A stretch of DNA of 54,606 nucleotides. It comes from an uncultured Armatimonadia bacterium (GTDB lineage: Bacteria > Armatimonadota > Zipacnadia > Zipacnadales > UBA11051). Location: contig CAZCJS010000002.1 in assembly GCA_964498775.1 (NCBI GenBank), forward strand, positions 6,142-60,747, read 5' to 3'. The notes beneath the pieces are model-generated. The model had not been told where the DNA came from. It made no database searches and was given only the letters and a program-made list of their open reading frames with translations. Below are positions 25,231 to 33,500 of the stretch, in pieces. The position numbers and the translations under genes are program-made. Position 1 is the first letter of the stretch. Every line of letters begins with the position of its first letter.

Positions 25231-26022
25231 ATGATGCGAGCATTGTGGTCGGCGGCCAGCGGGATGATCGGCCAGCAGCTTAATGTGGACACGATCGCCA
25301 ATAACCTGGCTAATGTCAATACAGCGGGCTTCAAGCGCCAACGCGTGGATTTTCAGGACTTGATGTACCAGGCGACGAAATTGCCCGGCTCGCCGGCCGC
25401 CGGCGGCGTCGAGGTGCCCACCGGCATTCAAGTCGGGCTGGGCGTACGAGCCGCCGCCACGACTAAGATCTTCGCTCAGGGCACCTTCCAGAATACCGGC
25501 AACCCGCTCGACCTGTGCATCGAGGGTGATGGCTTCTTCCAGGTGCTCAAGCCGAATGGCGAGGTCGGCTACACGCGGGCGGGCACCTTCAAGCTCGACA
25601 GCAACGGCAATCTGGTTACCAGTGACGGCTATCCAATGGAGCCGCCGATAGCGATTCCGACTGATGCGGAGACGATCTCGATTGGCGCTGACGGTACGGT
25701 GGGGGTGATTCTGGCCGGTGACACGACGCCGCAGGAGATCGGGCAGATAACACTGGCGCGCTTCGCCAATCCAGCCGGGCTCCTGAATATCGGTCATTCC
25801 TTGTATGCCGAGACTGCCGCCTCCGGAGCCCCACAGACCGGCGCGCCGGGCACGGTGGGCCTCGGGGAGATGGCCCAGGGCGTGCTCGAGCTCTCCAATG
25901 TCGAAGTCGTCGAAGAGATGGTCAATATGATCACCGCCCAGCGCGCGTATGAGGCCAATAGCCATGCTATCAAGATCGCCGACGACATGCTGCAACTCGC
26001 CAACAACGTAAGGCGTGGATAG
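25231..26022 (+). CDS. flgG: flagellar distal rod protein FlgG
   Basis: 263 aa. [48 protein letters not shown]-terminus [48 protein letters not shown] lies 9 nt before ATG 25231. Confidence 0.93.
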   Translation: MMRALWSAASGMIGQQLNVDTIANNLANVNTAGFKRQRVDFQDLMYQATKLPGSPAAGGVEVPTGIQVGLGVRAAATTKIFAQGTFQNTGNPLDLCIEGDGFFQVLKPNGEVGYTRAGTFKLDSNGNLVTSDGYPMEPPIAIPTDAETISIGADGTVGVILAGDTTPQEIGQITLARFANPAGLLNIGHSLYAETAASGAPQTGAPGTVGLGEMAQGVLELSNVEVVEEMVNMITAQRAYEANSHAIKIADDMLQLANNVRRG

Positions 26023-26679
26023 ATGAGGAATCGCGCTGAGAGCAGACTGAAATGGGCTGTGGCCATATTGGCAGTTGCGACGCTGGCCGCCTTCGCATCA
26101 CCTTGCCGAGCAGCGCCGGTGGCGGTGTTACTCCATGATGAGGCAGTAGTGGCAGCCGGACCGGTGACATTAGGCCAGTTAGCGGATATCGAGCCCGGAA
26201 GTGAAACCAGCTCGCAGATTGCGGCGGTGATAATCGGCACCAGTCCACTGCCCGGGCACCAGCGCACGATCACCGCCGGCTATGTGCGGATGCGCATGGC
26301 ACGAGCCGGAATCGGTAGCGATACGGCAAGCCTGACCGGAGCCGCGGCGGTTGTGGTGCGCGTCGCAGCCGAGAAGGCCGTGCGGCCTCAGGTTGCGGCG
26401 GCGCAACCTTCGACGCAGCGACTTCACTACGACAAGCGGTTTGGACAGGCAGGGATGCCTGTCCTCCAAACGGCAGAAGGCAACGGCAAGTCGTGGAGCT
26501 GCAAGCGGGGCCAGAAGGTGCAGATACGGGTCCTCTGCGGCAATATCGTGGTACTTACCAGCGGGCAGTTGCTTGAGAATGCCACCGCATGGGAACCGGT
26601 GACGGCGAGAGTACAATCAACCGGGGGGAAGGTTTTCGGCGTGCTCAGCGGCCCACGTGAGTTGACGGTGAAGCTATGA
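26023..26679 (+). CDS. flgA: flagellar P-ring assembly chaperone FlgA
   Basis: 218 aa with a signal peptide. SAF-like VTLGQLADIEP...GTSPLPGHQRTITAGYVRMRM. C-terminal KRGQKVQIRVLCGNIVVLTSGQLLENATAWEPVTARVQSTGGKVFGVL. The ATG abuts the flgG stop. Confidence 0.8.
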   Translation: MRNRAESRLKWAVAILAVATLAAFASPCRAAPVAVLLHDEAVVAAGPVTLGQLADIEPGSETSSQIAAVIIGTSPLPGHQRTITAGYVRMRMARAGIGSDTASLTGAAAVVVRVAAEKAVRPQVAAAQPSTQRLHYDKRFGQAGMPVLQTAEGNGKSWSCKRGQKVQIRVLCGNIVVLTSGQLLENATAWEPVTARVQSTGGKVFGVLSGPRELTVKL

Positions 26680-26725
26680 AACCAATATCCGGAATCATGT
26701 GAGGCGAATTGGAGGGGCAATGTAC

Positions 26726-27301
26726 ATGAAACGTGTTGCGGTTACAGCAGTGGTGTTGATGATGCTTGCCGGTAGCGCAGTCAGTGATGACCTCTACAAG
26801 TCGGGCAGTTTTTTCACTCGGATGTTTGCGGATCGGAAAGCAGCCGCAGTGGGGGATGTGCTGCATATCCTGATAGCCGAAAGCGCGTCCGCGACCCAGA
26901 AGGCCGCACGTGTACACAGCAAGGATTCCGATACGACCTCGGGTGCAGGCGTCGGCTGGCTGGACTTCATTCCGCTGCTGGGTTATGGCGCCAAGAGCAG
27001 CTACAACGCAGGAGCCACGGCAACACGTAGCGGGACGCTCTCCGCGCGGCTCACTGTTACCGTCAAGGAAGTGCTGCCGAATGGGAATCTGCTCGTCGAG
27101 GGGCGCCGCCACGTGCAGGTGAACAAGGATCTGCAGGATATCACCATCCGAGGTGAAGTGCGCCGGCGGGATGTCAGCCGCGATAATACCGTGTTCTCCT
27201 ACCAGGTGGCCAATGTCGAGATCGAGTACACCGGCTCCGACCCTCGGAAGCCGGGCGGTAAGGTCGGGATCATCTCAAGACTCATCAACTTGCTGTTCTA
27301 G
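26726..27301 (+). CDS. flgH: flagellar L-ring protein FlgH (no cysteine, so apparently not a lipoprotein)
   Basis: DLYKSGSFFTRMFADRKAAAVGDVLHILIAE...NGNLLVEGRRHVQVNKDLQDITIRGEVRRRDVSRDNTVFSYQVANVEIEYTG. GGAGGGG lies 8 nt before ATG 26726; the track ORF starts at GTG 26699. Confidence 0.88.
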   Translation: MKRVAVTAVVLMMLAGSAVSDDLYKSGSFFTRMFADRKAAAVGDVLHILIAESASATQKAARVHSKDSDTTSGAGVGWLDFIPLLGYGAKSSYNAGATATRSGTLSARLTVTVKEVLPNGNLLVEGRRHVQVNKDLQDITIRGEVRRRDVSRDNTVFSYQVANVEIEYTGSDPRKPGGKVGIISRLINLLF

Positions 27302-27379
27302 GGCGGGCGACGGCAGGGGCGATGGCTGTCGTTCAGGAGGCCGGGCACAAAGCGCAGAGATCTCGACAGGAGAATGAGC

Positions 27380-28717
27380 ATGATGAGAAGATTCGGCATA
27401 GCGATACCTGTGGCAGCGATGCTCGTCGCGATGATGATACCGGCGCGGGCCGGTGCTGTGGAGTTGCGGGTCAAGGACCTGGCCTCACTCAGCGACGGCG
27501 GCACACATAAGCTCATCGGCTATGGCCTCATCGTCGGCCTGCAAGGCACCGGCGATGGGAAGAAAGCCATCTTCACCATGCAGGCACTGGCCAATATGCT
27601 TGAGGCATTCGGACTGACCATAGCCCCGTCACAGCTCGAAGTTGACAATGTGGCCGCGGTGATGATCACCGCCGAACTGCCCGCAGATACTTCCGTCGGC
27701 ATGAAGTTGGATGTCACCGTCTCCTCCATGGGGGACGCAAAAAGCCTGCAGGGAGGAACACTGCTACTGTCGCCACTGCGAGGCGCCGATGGCGAGGTTT
27801 ATGCGATAGCGCAGGGCAGCGTATCAATAGGCGGCTACAACGCCGGGAGCGGTAGCAGCAACGTACAGAAGAACCACAGCGCCGTTGGTCGCGTGCCGAA
27901 TGGGGCCTCTATCGTCAGAGCGCTGTCGAGTACGCTGCTGGGGCCGCAGGGCCGGGGCAGACACTTGATGCTGCAGTTGCACCAGGCGGATTTTACCACC
28001 GCCCAGCGCCTGGCGGACACTATCAATGAAAGGTTGGAAGGTGGCTACGCACGAGCCGGCAGTGCAAATAGCGTGGAAGTCGCCCTGAATGCGGGGTGTG
28101 CAGATGTGATGGCATTGATCGCGCGGATTGAGAATATGCCGATCGAGCCGGATATGCCCGCGCGAGTAGTCATCAATGAGCGTACCGGCACAGTTGTAAT
28201 TGGCTCGCGAGTGCGGATCCTGCCGGTGGCAATCGCGCACGGGGCCCTGACGGTGAAGACACAGCGGGAATACCAGGTCTCTCAGCCACCGCCGCTTATC
28301 TACGAGGACAACAGCACCGTCATTGCGGCGCCGGCGGAGAGCAGTGAAGAGGGGGCCGTGAAGACGGAGGCGGTGGAGATAGCGCAGAAGGCGACGTTGA
28401 CGACGGAAGCGGGCGGCGGAGACGACACAGCTGCAGCCGAGATAGGGAGCGAGAATAAATCGGCCGTGCAGGTCACGGATAAACACGGGGGCGTTGTGCC
28501 GATCGTACCCGGCGGCGGGAGGACAGTGGTGGTTCCTAAGGATACGGTCGAGGTCGAGGAGGAGGCCCGCAGGCTGCTGCCGGTTGGTGGCGAAGCGACC
28601 CTGGAGGACCTCACGGCCGCTCTGAATGCGCTTGGAGTGAAGCCTCGGGACCTGATCGCTATCATCCAGGCGCTCAAGGAAGCCGGGGCGCTGCAGGCCG
28701 AATTGATTATTCAGTAA
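27380..28717 (+). CDS. flgI: flagellar P-ring protein FlgI with an internal insertion of about 70 aa
   Basis: Signal peptide, LIGYGLIVGLQGTGD, LQGGTLLLSPLRGADGEVYAIAQG, INERTGTVVIG, and C-terminal LEDLTAALNALGVKPRDLIAIIQALKEAGALQAELIIQ. About 445 aa, versus roughly 365 for typical FlgI. AGGAG upstream. Confidence 0.9.
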   Translation: MMRRFGIAIPVAAMLVAMMIPARAGAVELRVKDLASLSDGGTHKLIGYGLIVGLQGTGDGKKAIFTMQALANMLEAFGLTIAPSQLEVDNVAAVMITAELPADTSVGMKLDVTVSSMGDAKSLQGGTLLLSPLRGADGEVYAIAQGSVSIGGYNAGSGSSNVQKNHSAVGRVPNGASIVRALSSTLLGPQGRGRHLMLQLHQADFTTAQRLADTINERLEGGYARAGSANSVEVALNAGCADVMALIARIENMPIEPDMPARVVINERTGTVVIGSRVRILPVAIAHGALTVKTQREYQVSQPPPLIYEDNSTVIAAPAESSEEGAVKTEAVEIAQKATLTTEAGGGDDTAAAEIGSENKSAVQVTDKHGGVVPIVPGGGRTVVVPKDTVEVEEEARRLLPVGGEATLEDLTAALNALGVKPRDLIAIIQALKEAGALQAELIIQ

Positions 28718-28729
28718 GACAATAAAGCG

Positions 28730-29107
28730 ATGGTGGGCGATGCCATGAGAGTTGATGGATTGCGCAACGACCGCCCGGCGCCGGCTCTGCACAATATGCG
28801 GGCCGATGCAACCGGGCAGAGCAAGCATCAGAATGACAAGCTGCGGGACGTGTGCGAGCAGTTTGAGGCGTACTTCGCGGCGGAACTGCTGAAGACGGTA
28901 CGTGAGAGCGGGCATTTCGAAGGGGTGCTGAAGCAAAGCCGTGCCGAGAAAATCTTCGGCGCGCAGCGAGATGATGAACTGGCGCGGGTTCTGGCCAAAC
29001 GCGGCGCGCTCGGTATCGGGCGGCTACTATATGATGAGCTGTCGCCGCGCCTCGAAGCCGCTACGGCTGTGTATGCAGCAGGCAAGAGCACACAGAATGC
29101 CGTCTGA
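28730..29107 (+). CDS. flgJ: FlgJ-like rod-binding protein (N-terminal domain only, no muramidase domain)
   Basis: 125 aa. LRDVCEQFEAYFAAELLKTVRES...GLGIGRLLYDEL matches the Rod_binding domain pattern. Follows flgI. Confidence 0.7.
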   Translation: MVGDAMRVDGLRNDRPAPALHNMRADATGQSKHQNDKLRDVCEQFEAYFAAELLKTVRESGHFEGVLKQSRAEKIFGAQRDDELARVLAKRGALGIGRLLYDELSPRLEAATAVYAAGKSTQNAV

Positions 29108-29561
29108 TGTGGCGGCAGACAGGGATGCGGCAATGATGGCAGGGGCCGAAGATCTCGCAGGATGGGAAGAGCTCGCGAAGCTAATGGCGCAGCAACGGGA
29201 CATGCTGCTGCGCAGGGACCATAACGGGCTGACGGAACTGAACCGAATGGTGGCCGGAAATCTGGCCGACCAGGCGACACGATACCGCCAAAGCACAAAG
29301 CTGATAGATGGCGTGGGGAATGCCGGGTATTCCACCCAGTTTCCTGCAGAAACTCCATCCAAGGTGGCGGCGCGTCTGGATGAGTTGCAGCGAAATGTGC
29401 GGAACCAGGCGCGGATCAACTGCGAATTGGCTGCCGATGCGCTGGCATATGCCGAGTTCCTGCTGGAGATGCTGTATCCGCAAACACGGAGTCCGGTGTA
29501 TGACGAAGGCGGCAAGGTGAATGGCTGCCATGTGAATGCGGCGGTAAACTGGGAGGCGTGA
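29097..29561 (+). CDS. hypothetical helical protein, FlgN-like flagellar chaperone candidate
   Basis: About 154 aa from ATG 29097, overlapping the flgJ stop. WEELAKLMAQQRDMLLRRDHNGLTELNRMV...ELQRNVRNQARINCEL is helical and lies immediately upstream of flgK-flgL, the usual place for flgN. The call rests mostly on position. Confidence 0.4.
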   Translation: MPSDVAADRDAAMMAGAEDLAGWEELAKLMAQQRDMLLRRDHNGLTELNRMVAGNLADQATRYRQSTKLIDGVGNAGYSTQFPAETPSKVAARLDELQRNVRNQARINCELAADALAYAEFLLEMLYPQTRSPVYDEGGKVNGCHVNAAVNWEA

Positions 29562-29610
29562 GGAATGCCTTTCTTCCAGTCCGTTCTTGTTGAGATAAGG
29601 AGGTGAGGGG

Positions 29611-30984
29611 ATGCCCCGGGGTGTGATGGAAGTAGCGAGGAATACGTTGCTCGCGCAGCGGGCGGCGATGCAGATAGTCGGCCACAATATAGCCAATGTC
29701 AATACCGAGGGCTATGTGCGGCAAGCAGTAGTGATGGAACCGATACCGGGTGCGGTACGAGGGGCGTATGCCGCTACCATCGGTTGCGGTGCGCGCATCG
29801 GTGCGGTGAAGCGGCTGGGGAACACATTTGTGACCGCGCAGATTCACCGGTATGAAGCCTCGCTGGGGCGCGAAAAAGCGATGGAGAATATGCTGTCACA
29901 GGTCGAGGCGATCTTCAGCGAGTTCGGCGAAAGCGGGCTGACAGATAACCTGAACGAGATGTTTTCGGCGTTCGAGCAGATCGGGATGGAGCCCACGAAC
30001 TTGGCGGCGCGCCAGGAAACAGTAATGCGAGCGGGGATCGTGGCGGATATTGTCCGTGGGCGGCAGGAGGATCTGAGTAGCTTGCGTGCCGAGATCAATC
30101 TGCGACTCGAAGACACCGTCGAGGAAGCAAATGCACTGGCGCAACGGATCGCGGACCTGAATGTGAAGATGGGCGAGGCGAGTACGGACGCGATTCGTAA
30201 TGATCTGCAGAATATGCGGGATGTGGCGATGTCGGAGCTTGCAGAGTTGACGGGCGCCTACTTCATCGAGCGGTCGGATATGCAGATAGACGTGCTGATC
30301 GGCGGGCGGCGGATAGTGCAGGCGAACGAGGTCACCCAACTGAGACTGGAGCTGGACCCGGACAACCCGGGGATGCAGCGAGTGTGTCTGGGGGATGTGG
30401 CGGAGCCGAATGGTCTGGGGGGCGCGCTGATGGGCCTGATTGAGGTGCGAGACGGTCAGATGGTCGAGTACTCCGAGCGGCTGGATACGTTCGCAGAGAC
30501 ACTGGCCGAAGCAGTCAATGCGCTGCACAGGAGCGGCTATGACCTCAACGGGGATGCGGGGGAGGACTTCTTCGTCTATGTGGCGGGCGCAGGAGGAAGC
30601 ACCCTGGAGGTGAATGCACAGATCGCTGCCGATCCGGCACTGATTGCGGCGGCGAAGAGCACGGACGCCGTTGGAGATGGGGCGAATGCGTCTGAGATCG
30701 CACAGTTGCGGAATACGAAGGTCTTCGCGGGGACCCAGAACCCGACGGAGTACTACGCGGATTTGATCGGGCAGATAGGGAGCGATACGCGATCCTCGGC
30801 GGATATGGTGCTGGTGCGGACGTCGGTGGTCGAGAGCCTGCAAGCCAATTATGAAGCGACCTCGGGAGTGTCTCTGGATGAGGAGGCGGCGGACCTGATC
30901 CGCTATCAGCAGGTGTATAACGCGGCGGCACAACTCATGCAGACGAGCGTCGCGATGATGGATGCACTGTTTGCGATTGGGTAA
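29611..30984 (+). CDS. flgK: flagellar hook-filament junction protein FlgK (HAP1)
   Basis: 457 aa. ARNTLLAQRAAMQIVGHNIANVNTEGYVRQ. C-terminal SGVSLDEEAADLIRYQQVYNAAAQLMQTSVAMMDALFAI. AAGGAGGTGAGGGG upstream. Confidence 0.92.
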   Translation: MPRGVMEVARNTLLAQRAAMQIVGHNIANVNTEGYVRQAVVMEPIPGAVRGAYAATIGCGARIGAVKRLGNTFVTAQIHRYEASLGREKAMENMLSQVEAIFSEFGESGLTDNLNEMFSAFEQIGMEPTNLAARQETVMRAGIVADIVRGRQEDLSSLRAEINLRLEDTVEEANALAQRIADLNVKMGEASTDAIRNDLQNMRDVAMSELAELTGAYFIERSDMQIDVLIGGRRIVQANEVTQLRLELDPDNPGMQRVCLGDVAEPNGLGGALMGLIEVRDGQMVEYSERLDTFAETLAEAVNALHRSGYDLNGDAGEDFFVYVAGAGGSTLEVNAQIAADPALIAAAKSTDAVGDGANASEIAQLRNTKVFAGTQNPTEYYADLIGQIGSDTRSSADMVLVRTSVVESLQANYEATSGVSLDEEAADLIRYQQVYNAAAQLMQTSVAMMDALFAIG

Positions 30985-31075
30985 CCGAGAACAAAATGAA
31001 CGAGTAGCGGCAGCGGTCAGCGGCATTAACAGGCACGGATGCCTGTCTCCCAATGGCTTCTGAAGGAGTTTGGTG

Positions 31076-32002
31076 ATGAGAATTTCGACGAAGAGCTATA
31101 TGGATATGCTGCAACAAGGGATACGGAGGTCCGAAAGACAGCTGGCAAGGCTGACGGAACAACTGACGAGCGGCAAGCGCATCAACCGCCCATCAGATGA
31201 CCCGGTCGGTGCAAGTCAGGTGCTGCGAGCTCATGCGGCAGTCAAGGCAACGACGAGTAGCCAGCAAGTGCTGACGCAAGCGCAACAGATGAATGTGGCA
31301 CTCGATAGCGCTCTGGCAGAGCTGACTGCGCCGCTGCAGACGGCGTACAATGCGGCGCTGAAGGCCACTGCGACGGGCCTGGGCGACAGCGGTCGCACAG
31401 CCTGCGCCGAGGAAGTCCGGTCTGCTATGGAGAGGATTATCAGAGTCGGCAATTATGAATCCAATGGGGTTTATCTGCTGGCAGGGACCGATAACCGCGA
31501 AACGCCGCTAAGCGAGGTTGGTGGAATAATCGAGTATCGGGGCAATACGCAGGTGGTTGAGATAGCAATCGCGCCAAGCCGGAATTGCCAGATAACCGTC
31601 ACCGGGCAGGATGTCTTTAATTTCGCTGATGCGGTAACTGGCGAGCGGGCAGTGAGTGAGGTGGATGCAAACCTCTTCGAGGTGATGAAGGATCTGGCGC
31701 AGGCTATCGAGATGGGTGACGAGGACAGTATTCGCGAACATATGGGCCAATTGCAGACCCTCCAGGAGCATGTATTGACGCAGAGAGGTAAGGTCGGGGC
31801 GTACGGCCTGCGGCTTGAGCAAAATCTGGAACTGGCGAAGGATGCCGAGACCCAAAGCCGGATCGTACTGGCGGAGGTGGAGGATGTTGATATAGTGCAG
31901 GCGATGATCGAAGCGGAAAGGCAAAAGATGGCGTATCAGTCAGCGCTTGCGGCGACGGCGCAGTTGGCCCAGATTCCCACGTTGTTCGAGCTGATGCGCT
32001 AA
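31076..32002 (+). CDS. flgL: flagellar hook-filament junction protein FlgL (HAP3)
   Basis: 308 aa. MRISTKSYMDMLQQGIRRSERQLARLTEQLTSGKRINRPSDDPVGA. C-terminal VEDVDIVQAMIEAERQKMAYQSALAATAQL. GGAG lies 7 nt before ATG 31076. Confidence 0.88.
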   Translation: MRISTKSYMDMLQQGIRRSERQLARLTEQLTSGKRINRPSDDPVGASQVLRAHAAVKATTSSQQVLTQAQQMNVALDSALAELTAPLQTAYNAALKATATGLGDSGRTACAEEVRSAMERIIRVGNYESNGVYLLAGTDNRETPLSEVGGIIEYRGNTQVVEIAIAPSRNCQITVTGQDVFNFADAVTGERAVSEVDANLFEVMKDLAQAIEMGDEDSIREHMGQLQTLQEHVLTQRGKVGAYGLRLEQNLELAKDAETQSRIVLAEVEDVDIVQAMIEAERQKMAYQSALAATAQLAQIPTLFELMR

Positions 32003-32023
32003 CCCGACGCGGAGAGGGTATTC

Positions 32024-32569
32024 ATGAAGATACAATCGGTACGTTTCGGGGAAATTGATGTGGGAGCAAATGCGGTAATCCATTTTCCCGCGGGAATAGC
32101 GCCATTTGGCAAGAAGCTGGATTTCGTTGTGCTGGCGGGCGGCGAAAAGCACCCAAACTCTCTGGTTTCGCTCCCTTACCAGGGAATGGAGGAAAACCCT
32201 CAGGCTTATGTGGGGTGTCGCCTTGAAAAAGATGAGAGCGAGATGCTGGGAGGACAGGAGCTCGCATGGCTGCAGAGCCTGCAGTTCCCACAATTGGGCT
32301 TCTGGGTCGGGCACGCCGGAAAGCTGTTTCCGGATCGCGACATCGGCATCGAGGCACACCACTTGCAGTCAGTACATATCGAGCGTATGGAGCAACTCTG
32401 CATCGTGCTGATACTAACGATCGAGGCAAAGCAGGTGACGGCGAACCTGCTGGCACCGGTGCTGGTGAACACGGAGGCCGGTATCGGGCGACAGGTTGTT
32501 GTGGCCGCCGGTGTCGAGCAGGTGCGCGTGCCCGTTCCGGCATGTCGGGTGACATTACAGGCGATATGA
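32024..32569 (+). CDS. fliW: flagellar assembly factor FliW (CsrA antagonist) with an internal insertion
   Basis: 181 aa. FGEIDVGANAVIHFPAGIAPFGKKLDFVVL ... AWLQSLQFPQLGFWV ... LILTIEAKQVTANLLAPVLVNTEAGIGRQVV. Adjacent to csrA. Confidence 0.8.
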   Translation: MKIQSVRFGEIDVGANAVIHFPAGIAPFGKKLDFVVLAGGEKHPNSLVSLPYQGMEENPQAYVGCRLEKDESEMLGGQELAWLQSLQFPQLGFWVGHAGKLFPDRDIGIEAHHLQSVHIERMEQLCIVLILTIEAKQVTANLLAPVLVNTEAGIGRQVVVAAGVEQVRVPVPACRVTLQAI

Positions 32570-32646
32570 GCACATTCGCAGGATAGCGAGGCGGCGGAGC
32601 GATTGAGCGTGGTACCCACGCCCCACCATCCATGGAGGGATAAGAG

Positions 32647-32862
32647 ATGCTGGTACTGACGCGGCGGCTGGATGAGGAAGTGGTAATCGGCGGGGAGATC
32701 AGTGTGAAGGTGGTGGAGATACGAGGCAACGTGGTGCGCCTCGGCTTCAGCGCGCCATCCGATGTCATCATCCACCGTAAAGAGGTATATGAGGAGATAG
32801 TGAGAGCAAATGAGGCGGCGGCAGGCATCAGCGCGGAGGAGATAGAGCAACTGCAGAAATAG
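32647..32862 (+). CDS. csrA: carbon storage regulator CsrA, flagellar type
   Basis: 71 aa. MLVLTRRLDEEVVIGGEISVKVVEIRGNVVRLGFSAPSDVIIHRKEVYEEI. GGAGGG upstream. Confidence 0.93.
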   Translation: MLVLTRRLDEEVVIGGEISVKVVEIRGNVVRLGFSAPSDVIIHRKEVYEEIVRANEAAAGISAEEIEQLQK

Positions 32863-32915
32863 TGGTAACTCGCCGCGTCGGCGGTAAGTTGTGACTGTTG
32901 GCGGCAAAAAATAGA

Positions 32916-32951
32916 AACCCCTGCGCCGGAGTATCGGCGGAGGGGTTCTTT
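32916..32951 (+). terminator. rho-independent terminator after csrA
   Basis: AACCCCTGCGCCG-gagtat-CGGCGGAGGGGTT (13-bp stem with one mismatch) followed by CTTT. About 55 nt after the csrA stop. Confidence 0.6.
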
Positions 32952-33080
32952 GAGGGTCGCAATCGCGGCTATAGGCATCAGGAGACTGCAGGCGTGTCTG
33001 AGGTCACGGCTGCAGCCGCGTGCATGCAATGGTGCCGGAGAGCTGTCGGGGGGGGGGAAACTTGTGCTTTTTGGGGCAAG

Positions 33081-33111
33081 TAACTTCAGAAAGGCGACGG
33101 GTAGCCGATAA
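33081..33111 (+). promoter_or_regulatory. possible sigma-28 type promoter of flagellin copy 1 (good -10, poor -35)
   Basis: GCCGATAA (8/8) at 33104-33111. At the canonical N15 distance the -35 reads TTCA; TAAC lies 4 nt further upstream. It would give a ~390 nt leader. Confidence 0.35.
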
Positions 33112-33454
33112 TCATAAGTGCCGGACTGCCTGAGGCGACGTAGCCGAGGCAGACAATTGAGGGCCCGAGGTGATCTTAGGGGAAGACCCCGGGCCCGCTC
33201 CTGGGTGGGAGAGGCGAGCTTTCGTGTGACCCGGCATGACTCGCTATAGTCACTTAAGGATGCTAGGCACCCTCCGGGATAGCACACGTTTCGCCGTTTT
33301 GTTTGTTGCAGTTTCTATGCCAAATGCGGAAAAAGCATTCTGGCGGGGCATGGCAATAAATCTCAAAGTAACCCGGGGAGGTGACGGAAAGAGAACTGAC
33401 GTGACCCGGAATGGGAGCCTTGCGAAGTACTTTTCGTATGCTGTCTGCAACCAC

Positions 33455-33493
33455 GCGGTAAGGAAGCCGCAAGTAACAACAAATCAAGGAGGA
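33455..33493 (+). promoter_or_regulatory. paired CsrA-binding-site candidates in the flagellin 1 leader
   Basis: Hairpin GCGG-uAAGGAAg-CCGC (33455-33470) presents GGA in its loop. A second GGA motif lies in the SD, CAAGGAGGA (33485-33493), 7 nt before the GTG. Confidence 0.55.
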
Positions 33494-33500
33494 ACAAGAA

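Noticed and set aside
25030-31053. Large antisense ORFs opposite flgG, flgI and flgK (25030-25995, 27824-28936, 29896-31053, all minus)
   Set aside because: They lie opposite strongly supported flagellar genes, are Arg/His/Pro-rich, and have no SD or family motifs.
32022-33287. 421-aa minus-strand ORF spanning fliW, csrA and the flagellin leader
   Set aside because: It is antisense to two well-supported genes. The Pro/Arg/Ser/Ala-rich composition is typical of spurious reverse-frame ORFs in high-GC DNA, and it has no recognisable motifs.
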